Counted from the first letter of the stretch, positions 29,646 to 40,946 are shown. The stretch is 64,000 bases of DNA from Candidatus Altimarinota bacterium (GCA_963664295.1 OY760935.1:320001-384000), one strand, 5' to 3'. The notes: generated from the letters alone by a model not told the origin. Made by a program: numbers and translations.

Positions 29646-30110
29646 TTAATCAATAATTTTATTTACAGTATTGATAATTACACTAACTTTAAATCCTCTT
29701 GAGGCAAGAAAGCGAAAAAGTTTTTCCTTTTGTTTTTGTTTCTCGAGTTTTTTATCTATTGTGTTGTATTTTTTCACTCCTGCTTGAGTAGCAAGCAAAT
29801 TTTCATCAATATCACTAGTTAATTCTGTAATTAAATCTTTTTTTATTCCTTTTTTATTTAATTCTTGTGTTAATAAAAATTTCCCCCGAGGAGAATTATT
29901 GCAACGCATTTTTATATATTGTTCTGCATAAACCTTATCATTGATTAAGCCAGTTCTTTCCAGGTTATCTAGCACTTCTTCGATTTTTTCTTTTTCTTCC
30001 TCAAATTTATTATTTAGCTTTATAGAAAGCTCTTTTTTTGTATATAGCTTTATTCCGAGAAGTTTTAAAGAATAATTTAATATTTTTTGAAATTTTTCCT
30101 GATCTAGCAT
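29646..30110 (-). CDS. recX: Regulatory protein RecX
   Basis: EL..KL, GLIND..YA, RG....QEL..KGI, KL.RFL.SRGF. Confidence 0.85.
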   Translation of the reverse strand: MLDQEKFQKILNYSLKLLGIKLYTKKELSIKLNNKFEEEKEKIEEVLDNLERTGLINDKVYAEQYIKMRCNNSPRGKFLLTQELNKKGIKKDLITELTSDIDENLLATQAGVKKYNTIDKKLEKQKQKEKLFRFLASRGFKVSVIINTVNKIID

Positions 30111-30184
30111 ATTCTTATTTTTGCACGTTTTTAATAAGCTTGAAAGATAAGCATTTTGATATTTTCACCGGCAAAAAGAAATAT

Positions 30185-32161
30185 GTGATTGTGCCTGAAG
30201 AAAAGCCAAATTCTTTGAAAATTCAAAAAAAAGAAAACAAAGAAATAGATTTTAAAGCAAAAAATAAAAAAAAATTTTTACCAAAAAACTTCCTTAGGCC
30301 AGCCATGCGAATGGCAGGTATTGGTTGTATATTATTGGCAATTCTTTTAATATTAAGCGGTATTGGCAATGCTTTAAATATAAAAAAACAATCTGAAAAT
30401 TGGGGGCAATTAGCTTTAAGTAATGTGCAAAGTGCCGTAAACAACACACAAAATAAAAATTTTCAAACAGCACTAAAGGACTTTTATGAGGCAGAACAGG
30501 CTTTTTCTGAGGTAGAGGAGTTAATTTCTCCGCTTACTTATTCAGTTAGTAAATATCAAACAAATAATGCACTCGAAACAGCAGATAATTTTCTTAAATT
30601 TGGTCAAAATATCATCAAATCTGCACAAATTTTTTTAAACATCACTCAAAAAATAGATTTTGAACAAGAAAAAAACTTACTCACAATAATAAAACAAGCC
30701 GAAGATGATATTAAACAAGCTCTTGTAGAATTAAAAAAGGCAGAAAAAAATTTACAAGAAGCCAAAAAAGGTAAATTTGCCAATCAATTTTCAGAAGAAA
30801 TAGAAATTGCAGAAATAGTGCTTGCTGATCTTATTTTTGTCACAGAAAAAGCAAATAAAAATTTTACTGCTTTAAAAACATTATTAGGAGACAAGCACCC
30901 ACATACTATTTTGGTCTTATTTCAAAATTCTCGTGAAATCCGTGCAAATGGTGGCTTTATTGGTAGTTTGTATTTTATCACCTTTAATAATGGCGAAATC
31001 ATTAAGAGAGAATTCAAAGATGTTTATGATTTTGATTCTCAGCTTAGAGAACAAATTGATCCACCAGAGCCTTTTTCTTATTTAGCTGATAACTGGGGAT
31101 TGCGTGATGCAAATTATTATCCTGATTTTTCTCAAAGTGCTGAGCAAATTCAATGGTTTTTGGAGCACACAAAAGGTGATTCAGTGGACACAATTATTGC
31201 AATTAATGAGCAATTTGCAGAAAAATTGCTTAATTTAACAGGAGATTTGCAATTGGCAGGCGAGGTAATAAATGAGGACAATTTCACTTTTATTCTTTCT
31301 TTCCTGGTTGAGGCTAAGGTTTATGGTCAAAATTCACCAAAACAAATATTAGCTGATTTTATTCCTCAATTTGAAACAGAAATACGAAAAATACCTCCTC
31401 AATTATTATTAAAAACGATTGAATCTGCAATTAATGAAAAACAGCTTATTGCCTATTCTTTTAATGATAAAGTTGAGAATTTTTTTAATGAAATGGGTAT
31501 GTCTGGCAATTTAATTGCAGACAATAACAATGACCAGCTTTTAATAAGTCATACTTCGATTTCTGCTAACAAAAGTGATGGTTTCGTAAAAGAGCAAATA
31601 AGCCATGACACAGTCATAAACCTAGAGGGTGAAATTTATAATACTTTAAAAATAAAACGCTCACACAATTGGCAAGAAAAAGACCAAAAACTTTTTGATG
31701 AGCTATGGCAAAAATATGGAAAAAATGCGCTACACAGCAAAGAGGTTTTAGAAAATATAGCAGGAAAAGGAACTAATAAGGTTTGGACAAGGGTTTATTT
31801 ACCAAAAAATAGCACCTTAATTTCTACAAAAAATATCGACAATAGCACAATAAAAACATACAAAGAAAATGAATTTACTGTAATTTCTTTTTATTTTCCA
31901 CTTCTAAATCCAGGCGATAAAAAAGAAGTTGAGCTTTATTATTCTTTAGCAAAAAAACTTAATTTTGATGATGGTTTTGAGACTTATGGTTTTTGTTTTC
32001 AAAAATCAGCTGGAATTTATGAAAATATTCTTAGAAAAAATTATTTACTGGAAAGTGGCTTAGAAATTATGGAGAGTACGGATAAATTTCCTTTTCTTGG
32101 CAACTTAAAACAAGATAAATGCTTTAGAGTTCTTATTGGAAAAGAAAGCTTTGTAAATTAA
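30185..32161 (+). CDS. DUF4012-domain membrane-anchored protein
   Basis: LVLFQN..E.RANGGFIGS, WGLRDANY.PDF, NKSD; true start is probably downstream of the ORF-track start 30038, which overlaps recX head-to-head. Confidence 0.8.
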   Translation: MIVPEEKPNSLKIQKKENKEIDFKAKNKKKFLPKNFLRPAMRMAGIGCILLAILLILSGIGNALNIKKQSENWGQLALSNVQSAVNNTQNKNFQTALKDFYEAEQAFSEVEELISPLTYSVSKYQTNNALETADNFLKFGQNIIKSAQIFLNITQKIDFEQEKNLLTIIKQAEDDIKQALVELKKAEKNLQEAKKGKFANQFSEEIEIAEIVLADLIFVTEKANKNFTALKTLLGDKHPHTILVLFQNSREIRANGGFIGSLYFITFNNGEIIKREFKDVYDFDSQLREQIDPPEPFSYLADNWGLRDANYYPDFSQSAEQIQWFLEHTKGDSVDTIIAINEQFAEKLLNLTGDLQLAGEVINEDNFTFILSFLVEAKVYGQNSPKQILADFIPQFETEIRKIPPQLLLKTIESAINEKQLIAYSFNDKVENFFNEMGMSGNLIADNNNDQLLISHTSISANKSDGFVKEQISHDTVINLEGEIYNTLKIKRSHNWQEKDQKLFDELWQKYGKNALHSKEVLENIAGKGTNKVWTRVYLPKNSTLISTKNIDNSTIKTYKENEFTVISFYFPLLNPGDKKEVELYYSLAKKLNFDDGFETYGFCFQKSAGIYENILRKNYLLESGLEIMESTDKFPFLGNLKQDKCFRVLIGKESFVN

Positions 32162-32832
32162 AAACCGTTTTCTGCAAAACTATAAAAACCTGTTTTTGTC
32201 ACAATAATGTGATCTAAAACATCAATTTCCAATTTTTTTGCACATTCAACTAAGTTTTTGTGCCATTTTTTATCGCTTTCTGATGGCTCATTTTTGCCGT
32301 CAGGGTGATTGTGAGCAACAATAATTCTTTGACTATAAAACCTGATAGGAGGATGAAAAACATCAATCAAAGCACAGTGAGCTTCGTTTTGTTTACCAAG
32401 GGCAACTGTCTCACGATAAAACACCATATTTTCTGCATTAAGACAGGCAATAGACACATTTTCTCTTTGCAAGCTCTGCATATCAGCAAAATATTTAAAA
32501 GCGTCTTGAGGGTTATTGATAACTCCATTATCTTTTGAATTCATTCTTCTGTATATTTCGCTAATGGCAGCTATTTGACAGGCTTTTGCCGGCGGTAAAC
32601 CCTGCTCAATAACTTCATGAGGGGACTTCATTAAAGCAAACAAACCTCTCATACCATATTCCTTTAAAAGAATTTTAGACAAAGTGTGTACATCAATTTT
32701 TTCTTTACCTTTGCGAACGCCGGTATTGAGAATAATTGCTAAAAGTTCGTGATCAAAAAGTGATTTTGATCCATATTGAAGCATTTTCTCTCGAGGTAAT
32801 AAATTTTCTTTTTTATTAGTAGGATATTTCAT
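32158..32832 (-). CDS. radC: RadC/JAB-domain (UPF0758) protein
   Basis: PREKM..YG...L.D.ELLAIIL.TG; HNHPDG...PS..D; DHII. Confidence 0.88.
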   Translation of the reverse strand: MKYPTNKKENLLPREKMLQYGSKSLFDHELLAIILNTGVRKGKEKIDVHTLSKILLKEYGMRGLFALMKSPHEVIEQGLPPAKACQIAAISEIYRRMNSKDNGVINNPQDAFKYFADMQSLQRENVSIACLNAENMVFYRETVALGKQNEAHCALIDVFHPPIRFYSQRIIVAHNHPDGKNEPSESDKKWHKNLVECAKKLEIDVLDHIIVTKTGFYSFAENGF

Positions 32833-33217
32833 TGGCAAAGAGTTCTAAAATTTTTTCGCGTTTTTCAGGCGATAAAGAAAGGAATTTTTTAATATGAATT
32901 ATTTCAAGGTCATCTTTTTTGCTTGTTTTATAGGGTTTTATTTTTTGACTACGTAAAATATTATAATAATTTTCATCATCATACAAAAAATAATCAAGAG
33001 ATTTGCCAAAAAATTGAGCAATTTTTTCAAGCCCCTGAAGATCAATTTTGTCTTCTTTGAGTTTTTTAAAAAAAGCATTTATTTTGTCATATTTCCATTG
33101 TCTGCTACTACTTGAGCTTGCACCAAGAATTTCACCTAATTTTTCTTTTTTAACTCCATAAAAATCAGCTAATTGATTGATTTTATTGACTATTTTTTCT
33201 CCTTTAATTTTTTCCAT
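32816..33217 (-). CDS. XRE/Cro-like helix-turn-helix protein
   Basis: KEKLGEILGAS... and LEKIAQFFGKSLDYFL motifs; overlaps the radC start. Confidence 0.6.
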   Translation of the reverse strand: MEKIKGEKIVNKINQLADFYGVKKEKLGEILGASSSSSRQWKYDKINAFFKKLKEDKIDLQGLEKIAQFFGKSLDYFLYDDENYYNILRSQKIKPYKTSKKDDLEIIHIKKFLSLSPEKREKILELFANEISY

Positions 33218-33377
33218 TTTTTAAAAAACAAACTAAGCCTAGCTTATTAAGTTAATTTTGTTTAGTCAAGTTAATTTATTTACAAAAATAAGACATAATA
33301 CTTGACAATTTAATTTTTAAATTTATTATTTTTATAAAAATATCCCCTGAATTATTTTAAAAATTTCTTTAAAAAAC

Positions 33378-33554
33378 ATGGAAATAATTGAATTTAATGA
33401 AGAGGATATTGTTCCGGTGCAGGCAGTTTATTTTGATATTCGTAATAAATTGCCAATTTTTGCCCTAAAAAACGGCAATTTTTATGCTCCAGTTTTTTTG
33501 CATGGTGATAGAGGAGTGGAAATGGCAAGTTTTGAAAAAATTTCTCTAAATTAA
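33378..33554 (+). CDS. 58-aa hypothetical protein (below the ORF-track cutoff)
   Basis: MEIIEFNEEDIVPVQAVYFDIRNKLPIFALKNGNFYAPVFLHGDRGVEMASFEKISLN; TTGACA at 33302 upstream. Confidence 0.5.
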   Translation: MEIIEFNEEDIVPVQAVYFDIRNKLPIFALKNGNFYAPVFLHGDRGVEMASFEKISLN

Positions 33555-33623
33555 GCCCTAAAAAATGTTTATTTATTGTTTTTTTTCTTAAAAATTGGTA
33601 AAATAATAAGATTAAAAAAACAA

Positions 33624-36600
33624 ATGAACAGAAAAATTAAAAATTTAATATTAACTATTTTTATTGCCTTTTTCCTAGGAATAGGATTTGCACAAGCTGA
33701 TGATATTACATATACAGTTGACAACCTTACTACTACGACAGGACAAGCTTGTTTGGATGGAGTTGCTGATGATTGTTCTTTTAAGTCAGCTTTAGCATTA
33801 ACAAATGCTTATCCTAATCCCGACACAGATAAAGTGACGATTAATTTTGATTCTTCGTTAAATGGACAAACTTTATTCATTGATGCTACTACATATATAC
33901 TATCTAGAAGCAATGTAGATATTATTGGCCTTGGTGTTGATAATTTTGCAATTGATTTTTCAGGTTATATTGTAGGTAACGATTGGGGATCTGGTTTTCA
34001 TATTCGTGGTTCTGATAAAGACAATACAATTGGTAATGTTACAATTTCTGATTTAAAAATTGTCAATAGTCCTGCTACTAAACACTACTATCTTGTTTGG
34101 ATTTATAATGCTCATGATGTTTTGATTGATAATTGTGAATTTGGTAATTCTGGTTATGATGTTCTTCATATTGGTAATTATACGAATGATATTACTGTGC
34201 AAAATACGGAAATTTATGGAGCTGACTATGGACGCAATGCTCCAGGCTGGACAGCAACTATTGCAACTGGTCTTTGTAGTGGATTAGCGCAAAATAGTAA
34301 TGATTTTGATGCTCCTGAAAATGCAAATTATCGTGATTGTTTGCCAACAGACATTACAGTTGATACTTGTTATTTACATGATGCCAATCCTAATCATGGT
34401 CATTACACAGTTCATGGTGGTTTTAATCATAAAATAATCAATTCAACACTTGATATGAATGAATTAGGTGCAACCATGATTATTGATGGATTTGAGCTTT
34501 CTGGAAACACTTTTACTGGTACAGAAAACTTATATTTAACCTCTAATCCAACTAATGTGGAAGAAGCAGAAGTTGTCAGAAACCCTAGCGATTATGTAAT
34601 TAGTAATAATACTTTTACTAATGCTGGATTATATTTACTTTCTAACTCAAAAGAAGAATATTTTTTTGAAGGACTAGAAATTTCTGATAACACAATTACT
34701 AATGGTGATATCCATATTCTTGGCGAAGCTCAAGACCTTGTTATTGACAATAATGATATTGACGGTGGTGCAATAAAATTAAGTAATTTAACAAAATTTT
34801 CCAATGCTGAGGTCACTAATAATATTATTAGTAATTTTCCTGAATTTGGCATTTCTGTTAGTCCAAAAAGTAACTATTTAACCTCTGCTCACACATTATC
34901 CTATAACGGTGTTGATTATAATGGTGTATCGAATCCAGCTGATCCAAGTCCGAATTTTTTAATTTATTTCTTAAATACCTCTGAAAATACGCAAGTAGCA
35001 ATGGATGACACGGCTATTCCCGTAGAATACATTAACGATGCAAAAAATAGAGGTGGTTTTTCTGGCGCTTTGATTAATTTTTTTTCAACTATACCTGTAG
35101 TTTTTATTAGTCCAAGTGGTCGTAATGCTACTAATTTAGCCTCTTGCCAGAGCTTTGCAGGATCTTTGTTTAGCACTTGTCATGCTTTTAAGATGGATTA
35201 TTTTGAATATGACTCTGCTACAGATCAGTTTACTTTTACAGGACTTGATGGCTTTGAAGTGGATACTCCTGGAGAAGAGGTGACTTTTTACGCAGGCGAT
35301 TCTCTTACTCCGCCCCATCTTGAAGATGAGCCATATATACGCAATTTATCTGAAAATACAGAAATAACCTTTTCTGGTAATGTTTTGCAAAACTCAAATA
35401 ATTCACCAGTGACAAATTATTATTCATCTTTTCATCCACTTGCTTATGATGGAGTGGATTATGTAAGTGACATGGGAGCTGCGGGTGGAGATGAAGCACT
35501 TTTTTATCAAAATAATGATGCATCTGAATTTGTCGTAATTAGTTCAGATGACACACTAATAGATAATAGTGACATTATAGACCAAGCAAAAACAGCAGAT
35601 GGTTTTATGATGATTTTGATAAGTTTTGACCCTGGTTCTGGAATGGCAAGAATGTCTGGAATTTTGCCAAATGGAGCAATTGGTGTTTCTGATCTTGCCT
35701 CTTGTGACGCGGTAGTCGCAGGTGCATATGGTGGAACTTGTGATGCGATTAAGCTTGATTATTTTGATTATAATGAAACCACAGAAGAGTTTGAATTTAC
35801 TGGCTTAAGTGGCTTTGAAACTGCTGGTAGCACTGTCTCATTGGCTTCTAGTTATTCAGGAGACCCCTACTTAACAAAGCAATTAGAATGTGAATATGCT
35901 GCTTATAATATTGAAGGCTCAAGTAATACTTTTACAAATGAAACAGTAATAAATGTGGGTAATGGTTTTTATTTTAATAATTATGGTGTTTCCAATGATC
36001 TTAATTATTCAGAATTAAGTTCAACTTGTAGCACTATTAAGCAATACAGTACTAAAGTACCACTGTTTATAAGTGAGTATGTATCTTCCTTGCACCCACT
36101 TGCTTATGATGGTGTTGATTATGTTAGTGATGCTGACTCTGAAGAAAATGAAGCAATGTTGTATCAAGATCTTACAAGTGGTTTATTGGTTATAACAGAA
36201 AACAATACAACACTTCCAAGTACAGTTTCAACACATGGCAGAGGCGCAGGTGGCTTTATGATGATATTAGCAACAATTGATCCGGGAGGTGATAATTATC
36301 AAATTTCAGTTTTAGTGCCAAAAGATTTAATGAATATTAATGACCTTGCTTCTTGTTCTGCGGCAATAGCAGCAGCTTATGGCGGAACCTGTGAGGCAAT
36401 TAAATATAACTATTTTGACTACAACGAAACCACAGAAGAACTTGAATTTACTGGCTTAAGTGGCTTTGAAACTGCTGGTGGCACTGTCTCATTGGCTTCT
36501 AGTTATTCAGGAGATCCATATATCAACAAAATTGCCCCTGTGGGCTATGATGATTTAACTAATGTAAATTATTTAAACAACACTAGTTTTGGCGGAGAAG

Positions 36601-37865
36601 AGGCAACTGATGTTCAGTCAGGTGCAATTGAAGTTAGTTATGATGTTCAACTTAAAATAAATGATCAATCTGGAGTTGTTGTTTCTGATGCAAGTGTTAT
36701 AGCAGAAGATTCTCAGGGAAATACTACAAACCTTGGCTCAACAAATGCTTCAGGGTTAACAACATTAGCCTCATTAAAAGCTTATCGCATTGATCCAACA
36801 GGCATAAATCCCGATTATAATCCATATTCTTTTACTGTAAATCATATTGAATTTTTAGAAAGAATAGATATAGGTGAAGTTCTTCAGGATAATCCAGAAA
36901 TTCTTTTTCACATTGGACCAACTTTTGGAGGATTAAGCCTAATTCAATATTATGTAGACAACCCTGCTCTTAGTGAGGCGCCGGGGGAATTTATGGTTGA
37001 ATTTAACATTGGTGATGCTGTGGATGGCATACCTATTGGAGGTCAAATTGTGCTCACTTTTCCAGATGAATTCACAATTGCTAATAATGCTGACATTAGT
37101 GGTGATATTATTGCTTTTACTGACGATGGAACAGATATTTCTGCAAATATCGCAGAAGCAAGAGCATTAGACAACACAATTAGCGTAAGCATAACCAATC
37201 AAGATATAGAAAAACAAAGCATTATTTTATTAAATATTGACGGAGATGTAATTAGTCAAAATCCTTCTGAGCCAGGAGAATATTATGTGCAAATGACTAC
37301 GAAAGATCAACTAGGAGCAGTTTTGGACACAGGTTATATTCCTGTAGTTATTGGAGGAGATCTTGTAATGCAGGTAAATGTACAAGAAGCAATGATAATA
37401 AACATTGATAACACTAGTATTCTTCTTAATCTTGATCCAGGAGTAAATAATGGTGAAGATTATTCTCAAAAAAGTGAAATCACAATTCAGTCAAATTCGC
37501 CTAATGGTTATATTATTCAGACAATGATTGATGGAGGATCGCTTTTAAATGGTTCTCATTCGCTTAGTGGTGGCAACGCAAAGGTTGAAGAAAATAAAAT
37601 TGGCTACATAGCCTATAATAATCCTGATGCAAGTGAAATAACAAAAACAAAAGAAGAATTACAAACAGATGCTTCTGCTGTTTATGGCTTCACAGGTCTT
37701 TCTAATGGTCTTCGTCTTTATGATGGTACAGAAAATGGCATTGGACTAACTTCAACAACAGATAATCAAAAACATACTGTTTATTATGTTGTTAATGTTG
37801 ATTATGGAATTGCGCCAGGACTTTATTCAGGAGCAATTGTGTTTACTGCTTTACCTCGCTTTTAA
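33624..37865 (+). CDS. Giant secreted surface protein with a right-handed beta-helix and three internal repeat modules
   Basis: Signal peptide from ATG 33624; CSLREA-like CSFKSAL; parallel beta-helix repeats; module H.L.Y.GVDY...FTGL.GFE occurs three times; C-terminal beta-sandwich ending GLYSGAIVFTALPRF. Confidence 0.8.
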   Translation: MNRKIKNLILTIFIAFFLGIGFAQADDITYTVDNLTTTTGQACLDGVADDCSFKSALALTNAYPNPDTDKVTINFDSSLNGQTLFIDATTYILSRSNVDIIGLGVDNFAIDFSGYIVGNDWGSGFHIRGSDKDNTIGNVTISDLKIVNSPATKHYYLVWIYNAHDVLIDNCEFGNSGYDVLHIGNYTNDITVQNTEIYGADYGRNAPGWTATIATGLCSGLAQNSNDFDAPENANYRDCLPTDITVDTCYLHDANPNHGHYTVHGGFNHKIINSTLDMNELGATMIIDGFELSGNTFTGTENLYLTSNPTNVEEAEVVRNPSDYVISNNTFTNAGLYLLSNSKEEYFFEGLEISDNTITNGDIHILGEAQDLVIDNNDIDGGAIKLSNLTKFSNAEVTNNIISNFPEFGISVSPKSNYLTSAHTLSYNGVDYNGVSNPADPSPNFLIYFLNTSENTQVAMDDTAIPVEYINDAKNRGGFSGALINFFSTIPVVFISPSGRNATNLASCQSFAGSLFSTCHAFKMDYFEYDSATDQFTFTGLDGFEVDTPGEEVTFYAGDSLTPPHLEDEPYIRNLSENTEITFSGNVLQNSNNSPVTNYYSSFHPLAYDGVDYVSDMGAAGGDEALFYQNNDASEFVVISSDDTLIDNSDIIDQAKTADGFMMILISFDPGSGMARMSGILPNGAIGVSDLASCDAVVAGAYGGTCDAIKLDYFDYNETTEEFEFTGLSGFETAGSTVSLASSYSGDPYLTKQLECEYAAYNIEGSSNTFTNETVINVGNGFYFNNYGVSNDLNYSELSSTCSTIKQYSTKVPLFISEYVSSLHPLAYDGVDYVSDADSEENEAMLYQDLTSGLLVITENNTTLPSTVSTHGRGAGGFMMILATIDPGGDNYQISVLVPKDLMNINDLASCSAAIAAAYGGTCEAIKYNYFDYNETTEELEFTGLSGFETAGGTVSLASSYSGDPYINKIAPVGYDDLTNVNYLNNTSFGGEEATDVQSGAIEVSYDVQLKINDQSGVVVSDASVIAEDSQGNTTNLGSTNASGLTTLASLKAYRIDPTGINPDYNPYSFTVNHIEFLERIDIGEVLQDNPEILFHIGPTFGGLSLIQYYVDNPALSEAPGEFMVEFNIGDAVDGIPIGGQIVLTFPDEFTIANNADISGDIIAFTDDGTDISANIAEARALDNTISVSITNQDIEKQSIILLNIDGDVISQNPSEPGEYYVQMTTKDQLGAVLDTGYIPVVIGGDLVMQVNVQEAMIINIDNTSILLNLDPGVNNGEDYSQKSEITIQSNSPNGYIIQTMIDGGSLLNGSHSLSGGNAKVEENKIGYIAYNNPDASEITKTKEELQTDASAVYGFTGLSNGLRLYDGTENGIGLTSTTDNQKHTVYYVVNVDYGIAPGLYSGAIVFTALPRF
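35791..36514 (+). repeat. Intragenic 73-bp direct repeat (35791-35863 and 36442-36514, one mismatch)
   Basis: ttgaatttactggcttaagtggctttgaaactgctggt(a/g)gcactgtctcattggcttctagttattcaggaga. Confidence 0.85.
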
Positions 37866-37906
37866 TTGTTTTTTTTGCTAATATTTTTTTTGCAATAAGC
37901 CAAAAA

Positions 37907-38569
37907 ATGAGCATTAAAATCGATAAAGTAATTAAAAGTAAGCGAAAAACATTTAGCTTGGAAATAACCCAAGATGCTCGTTTGATTGTTCGAGCGCCTT
38001 TTGGGGCTTCCTTAGGGCTTATTCAAGATATAGTTAGTCAAAAAATAAATTGGATAAAAAAGAAAAAATCTCAAATGAATTTACGCAAAAAAAAGCCTAA
38101 AAAATTTATAGAAGGGGAACTATTTCTTTATCTTGGTCAAAAATATCCACTAAAGCTAAAAAGTCAAAAAATAGCCCTTGATTTAAATAAAAATTTTAAT
38201 TTGTCTGCTTCTGAGATTAAAAATGCAAAAGAAATTTTTACAAATTGGTACAAAAAAGAAGCAAAAATAATAATTCAAGACAGAGTTGATTACTATGCAG
38301 AATTAAATAAATTAAAATACCAAAAAATTCGCATAACTAGTGCAAAAAAACGCTGGGGATCATGTAGTGCAAATAATAATCTTAATTTTTCTTGGAGATT
38401 AGTAATGGCTCCAATGGAAATAGTTGACTATGTGGTTGTGCATGAGCTTGCACACATTAAAGAAAAAAATCACTCTTCAAAATTTTGGCAAGTAGTTGAA
38501 AGAATAATGCCAGACTATAAGCAACGCAGAAAATGGCTCAAAGAAAACGGACACTTACTTAATTTGTAG
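37907..38569 (+). CDS. YgjP/DUF45 (SprT/M48-like) zinc metallohydrolase
   Basis: RWGSCS, DYVVVHELAH, NHS..FW..V...MPD. Confidence 0.88.
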   Translation: MSIKIDKVIKSKRKTFSLEITQDARLIVRAPFGASLGLIQDIVSQKINWIKKKKSQMNLRKKKPKKFIEGELFLYLGQKYPLKLKSQKIALDLNKNFNLSASEIKNAKEIFTNWYKKEAKIIIQDRVDYYAELNKLKYQKIRITSAKKRWGSCSANNNLNFSWRLVMAPMEIVDYVVVHELAHIKEKNHSSKFWQVVERIMPDYKQRRKWLKENGHLLNL

Positions 38570-38849
38570 CTGGTTCTTCACCAGAAATTATATCAAGGAC
38601 TCTGGCCATTTCATCTTCGCGCAAATGTTTTTCCAGCTCAGAAGGAGTCAATGTTTTAAGGTCAATTACTGGAGTTTTTAATCCTAGCGTTTTTGTCATC
38701 CATTCGCTAAGAGGATTTTGTTTTGCTTTAAGTTCGAGTGGTGGTTCTCTTTCGGCCAAAACCTGCAAAATAGCTCTTTGCCTAATTTGATTACCATCAG
38801 TAAGCTCAACAGTATCGGGGAAAAATTTTTTTAAAGAAAAATTTTTCAT
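38559..38849 (-). CDS. Hypothetical protein
   Basis: Open frame from ATG 38849; TTGACT-17-TATAGT promoter upstream. Confidence 0.5.
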   Translation of the reverse strand: MKNFSLKKFFPDTVELTDGNQIRQRAILQVLAEREPPLELKAKQNPLSEWMTKTLGLKTPVIDLKTLTPSELEKHLREDEMARVLDIISGEEPATN

Positions 38850-39012
38850 AATTATATTTAAAAGATTATTTTTTGTAGTAAGTAGTTGCAATAAAACAAT
38901 TTTTTTATTCTAAAGCAGTTATTAACTATATTATAAATTTAAAAAAAGTCAATAGGATTTTTAGTTAAATTTATCTTTAAAAGAAAGCTTATTTCATATA
39001 AACTCTCCAAGT

Positions 39013-40293
39013 ATGAATATAACAGAAAAAATACTAGCCAAAAATTCAGGCAAAGACAGGGTAATACCCGGTGATTTAATTGAAGCAAATATAGATTTAA
39101 TTATTGCTCATGATGTCACAACTCCACCAGCTATTGAAATGCTAAAGAAAAAGGGGATTAACAAAGTTTTTGATCCTGAAAAAATCGTGGTCACACCTGA
39201 CCATTTTGTACCCAATAAAGATATTGCCTCTGCAGAATTGGCAAAATCTCTTAGAGAATGGGCACGCGAAAACAATATTAAAAATTATTTTGATATTGGT
39301 TGTCATGGCATTTGCCATGCAATAGCACCAGAAAAAGGATTTGTTCGTCCAGGACAAGTTATTATTGGTGCTGATTCTCACACTTGTACTCATGGTGCTC
39401 TTGGTGCTTTTGCTACTGGTATTGGTTCTACTGATCTTGCCTTTGCTCTTGCTACTGGCAAGTTGTGGTTTAAAGTTCCGCCAACATTAAAATTCATAAT
39501 TAACGGTAAATTAAAAAAAGGCACAACAGCAAAAGACGCAATATTAGAAATAATCCGCAGAATTACCGTTGCTGGTGCAACCTACAAGGCAATGGAATTC
39601 ACAGGTGAAATAATAGACACAATGAGTGTGGAAGAAAGGCTCACAGTCTGCAATATGGCAATTGAAGCAGGCGGAAAAAGTGGCATAATCGCACCAGACC
39701 AAAAAGCAATAGATTATGTAAACAATGCATCTGGATTAAGTTTAAAACTCAATGATTTTGATTATTTAAAATCAGATCCTGATGCAGAATATGAAGAAGT
39801 TTTTGAATGGGACTTTTCCGATCTTGACCCAATTGTTGCCTGTCCACATTTACCAGACAACTGTAAAAAAGCTAGTGAACTAGAACAAAAAAACCTAAAA
39901 ATAGACCAAGCTTATTTAGGTAGTTGTACCAATGGTCGCATTTCCGATCTCAGAGCAGCAGCAAAAATACTAAAAGGCAAAAAAATAGCCGATGGTGTGA
40001 GAATGTTAGTTATCCCTGCCACTACTGATATTTGGAATCAAGCAAACAAAGAAGGATTATTTGATATTTTTTCTGAAGCTGGTTGTGCAATTTCAACTCC
40101 AACTTGCGGAGCTTGCCTTGGTGGTCATATGGGTATTTTAGCTAAAGGTGAACGCTGTATTTCTTCAACAAATCGTAATTTTGTAGGCAGAATGGGAGAT
40201 CCGGAAAGTGAAGTTTATTTAGCTTCACCATACACAGTAGCTACCTCTGCTATAAAAGGCTATATTTCCGACCCTCGAGAATTTTTAAATTAA
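39013..40293 (+). CDS. leuC: 3-isopropylmalate dehydratase large subunit (type 2, LeuC/HacA family)
   Basis: [36 protein letters not shown]. Confidence 0.9.
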   Translation: MNITEKILAKNSGKDRVIPGDLIEANIDLIIAHDVTTPPAIEMLKKKGINKVFDPEKIVVTPDHFVPNKDIASAELAKSLREWARENNIKNYFDIGCHGICHAIAPEKGFVRPGQVIIGADSHTCTHGALGAFATGIGSTDLAFALATGKLWFKVPPTLKFIINGKLKKGTTAKDAILEIIRRITVAGATYKAMEFTGEIIDTMSVEERLTVCNMAIEAGGKSGIIAPDQKAIDYVNNASGLSLKLNDFDYLKSDPDAEYEEVFEWDFSDLDPIVACPHLPDNCKKASELEQKNLKIDQAYLGSCTNGRISDLRAAAKILKGKKIADGVRMLVIPATTDIWNQANKEGLFDIFSEAGCAISTPTCGACLGGHMGILAKGERCISSTNRNFVGRMGDPESEVYLASPYTVATSAIKGYISDPREFLN

Positions 40294-40297
40294 AATT

Positions 40298-40783
40298 ATG
40301 CAAAAAATATTCACAGGAAAAGCACATGTTTATAATAAAAATAACATCAATACAGACGAAATAATTCCAGCTCGTCGCATGAACATACACGAAGAAGCAC
40401 ATTTAGCAAAATTTGCTATGGAGGATTTAGACAAAGATTTTATAAACAAAGTTCAAGATGGTGATTTTATTATTGCTGGTGAAAATTTTGGCTGTGGATC
40501 AAGTCGTGAACACGCAATTTGGGCGTTACGAGGAGCAGGCATAAAAGCAGTAATTGCAAAATCTTTTGCCCGTATTTTTTATCGCAATGCAGTAAATAAT
40601 GGTTTTTTGGCTATTGAATCTGCTGAAGTAGTTGATAAAATTAGCAATAGTGATGAGCTTGAAATAAACACTGAAAAAGGTGAAGTAAAAAATTTAAACA
40701 CAGGAGATGTATTTTCTGCTCAACAAATACCTGATTTTGTATTTGAAATCGCAGAAAAAGGGGGATTATTAAACACAATTTAA
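40298..40783 (+). CDS. leuD: 3-isopropylmalate dehydratase small subunit
   Basis: [29 protein letters not shown]. Confidence 0.9.
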   Translation: MQKIFTGKAHVYNKNNINTDEIIPARRMNIHEEAHLAKFAMEDLDKDFINKVQDGDFIIAGENFGCGSSREHAIWALRGAGIKAVIAKSFARIFYRNAVNNGFLAIESAEVVDKISNSDELEINTEKGEVKNLNTGDVFSAQQIPDFVFEIAEKGGLLNTI

Positions 40784-40792
40784 TCAAAAACT

Positions 40793-40852
40793 ATGTCAGG
40801 ACATTCCAAATGGCACTCAATTCGGCACAAAAAAGGTGTAGCTGAATTTTAA
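40793..40852 (+). pseudogene. Truncated yebC copy 1 (MSGHSKWHSIRHKKGVAEF*)
   Basis: First 15 codons identical to yebC, TAA at codon 20. Confidence 0.8.
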
Positions 40853-40946
40853 ATAAGTGGGCAGATATTCACTCGTCATGCTAACTTAATCACAAAAAAT
40901 ATTAAAAATAATATCAAAAAAACTTAACACAATTTAATCAAAAACT

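Noticed and set aside
35791-36514. Diversity-generating retroelement TR/VR pair
   Set aside because: Only one mismatch, both copies are in-frame coding modules, and no reverse transcriptase is in the window
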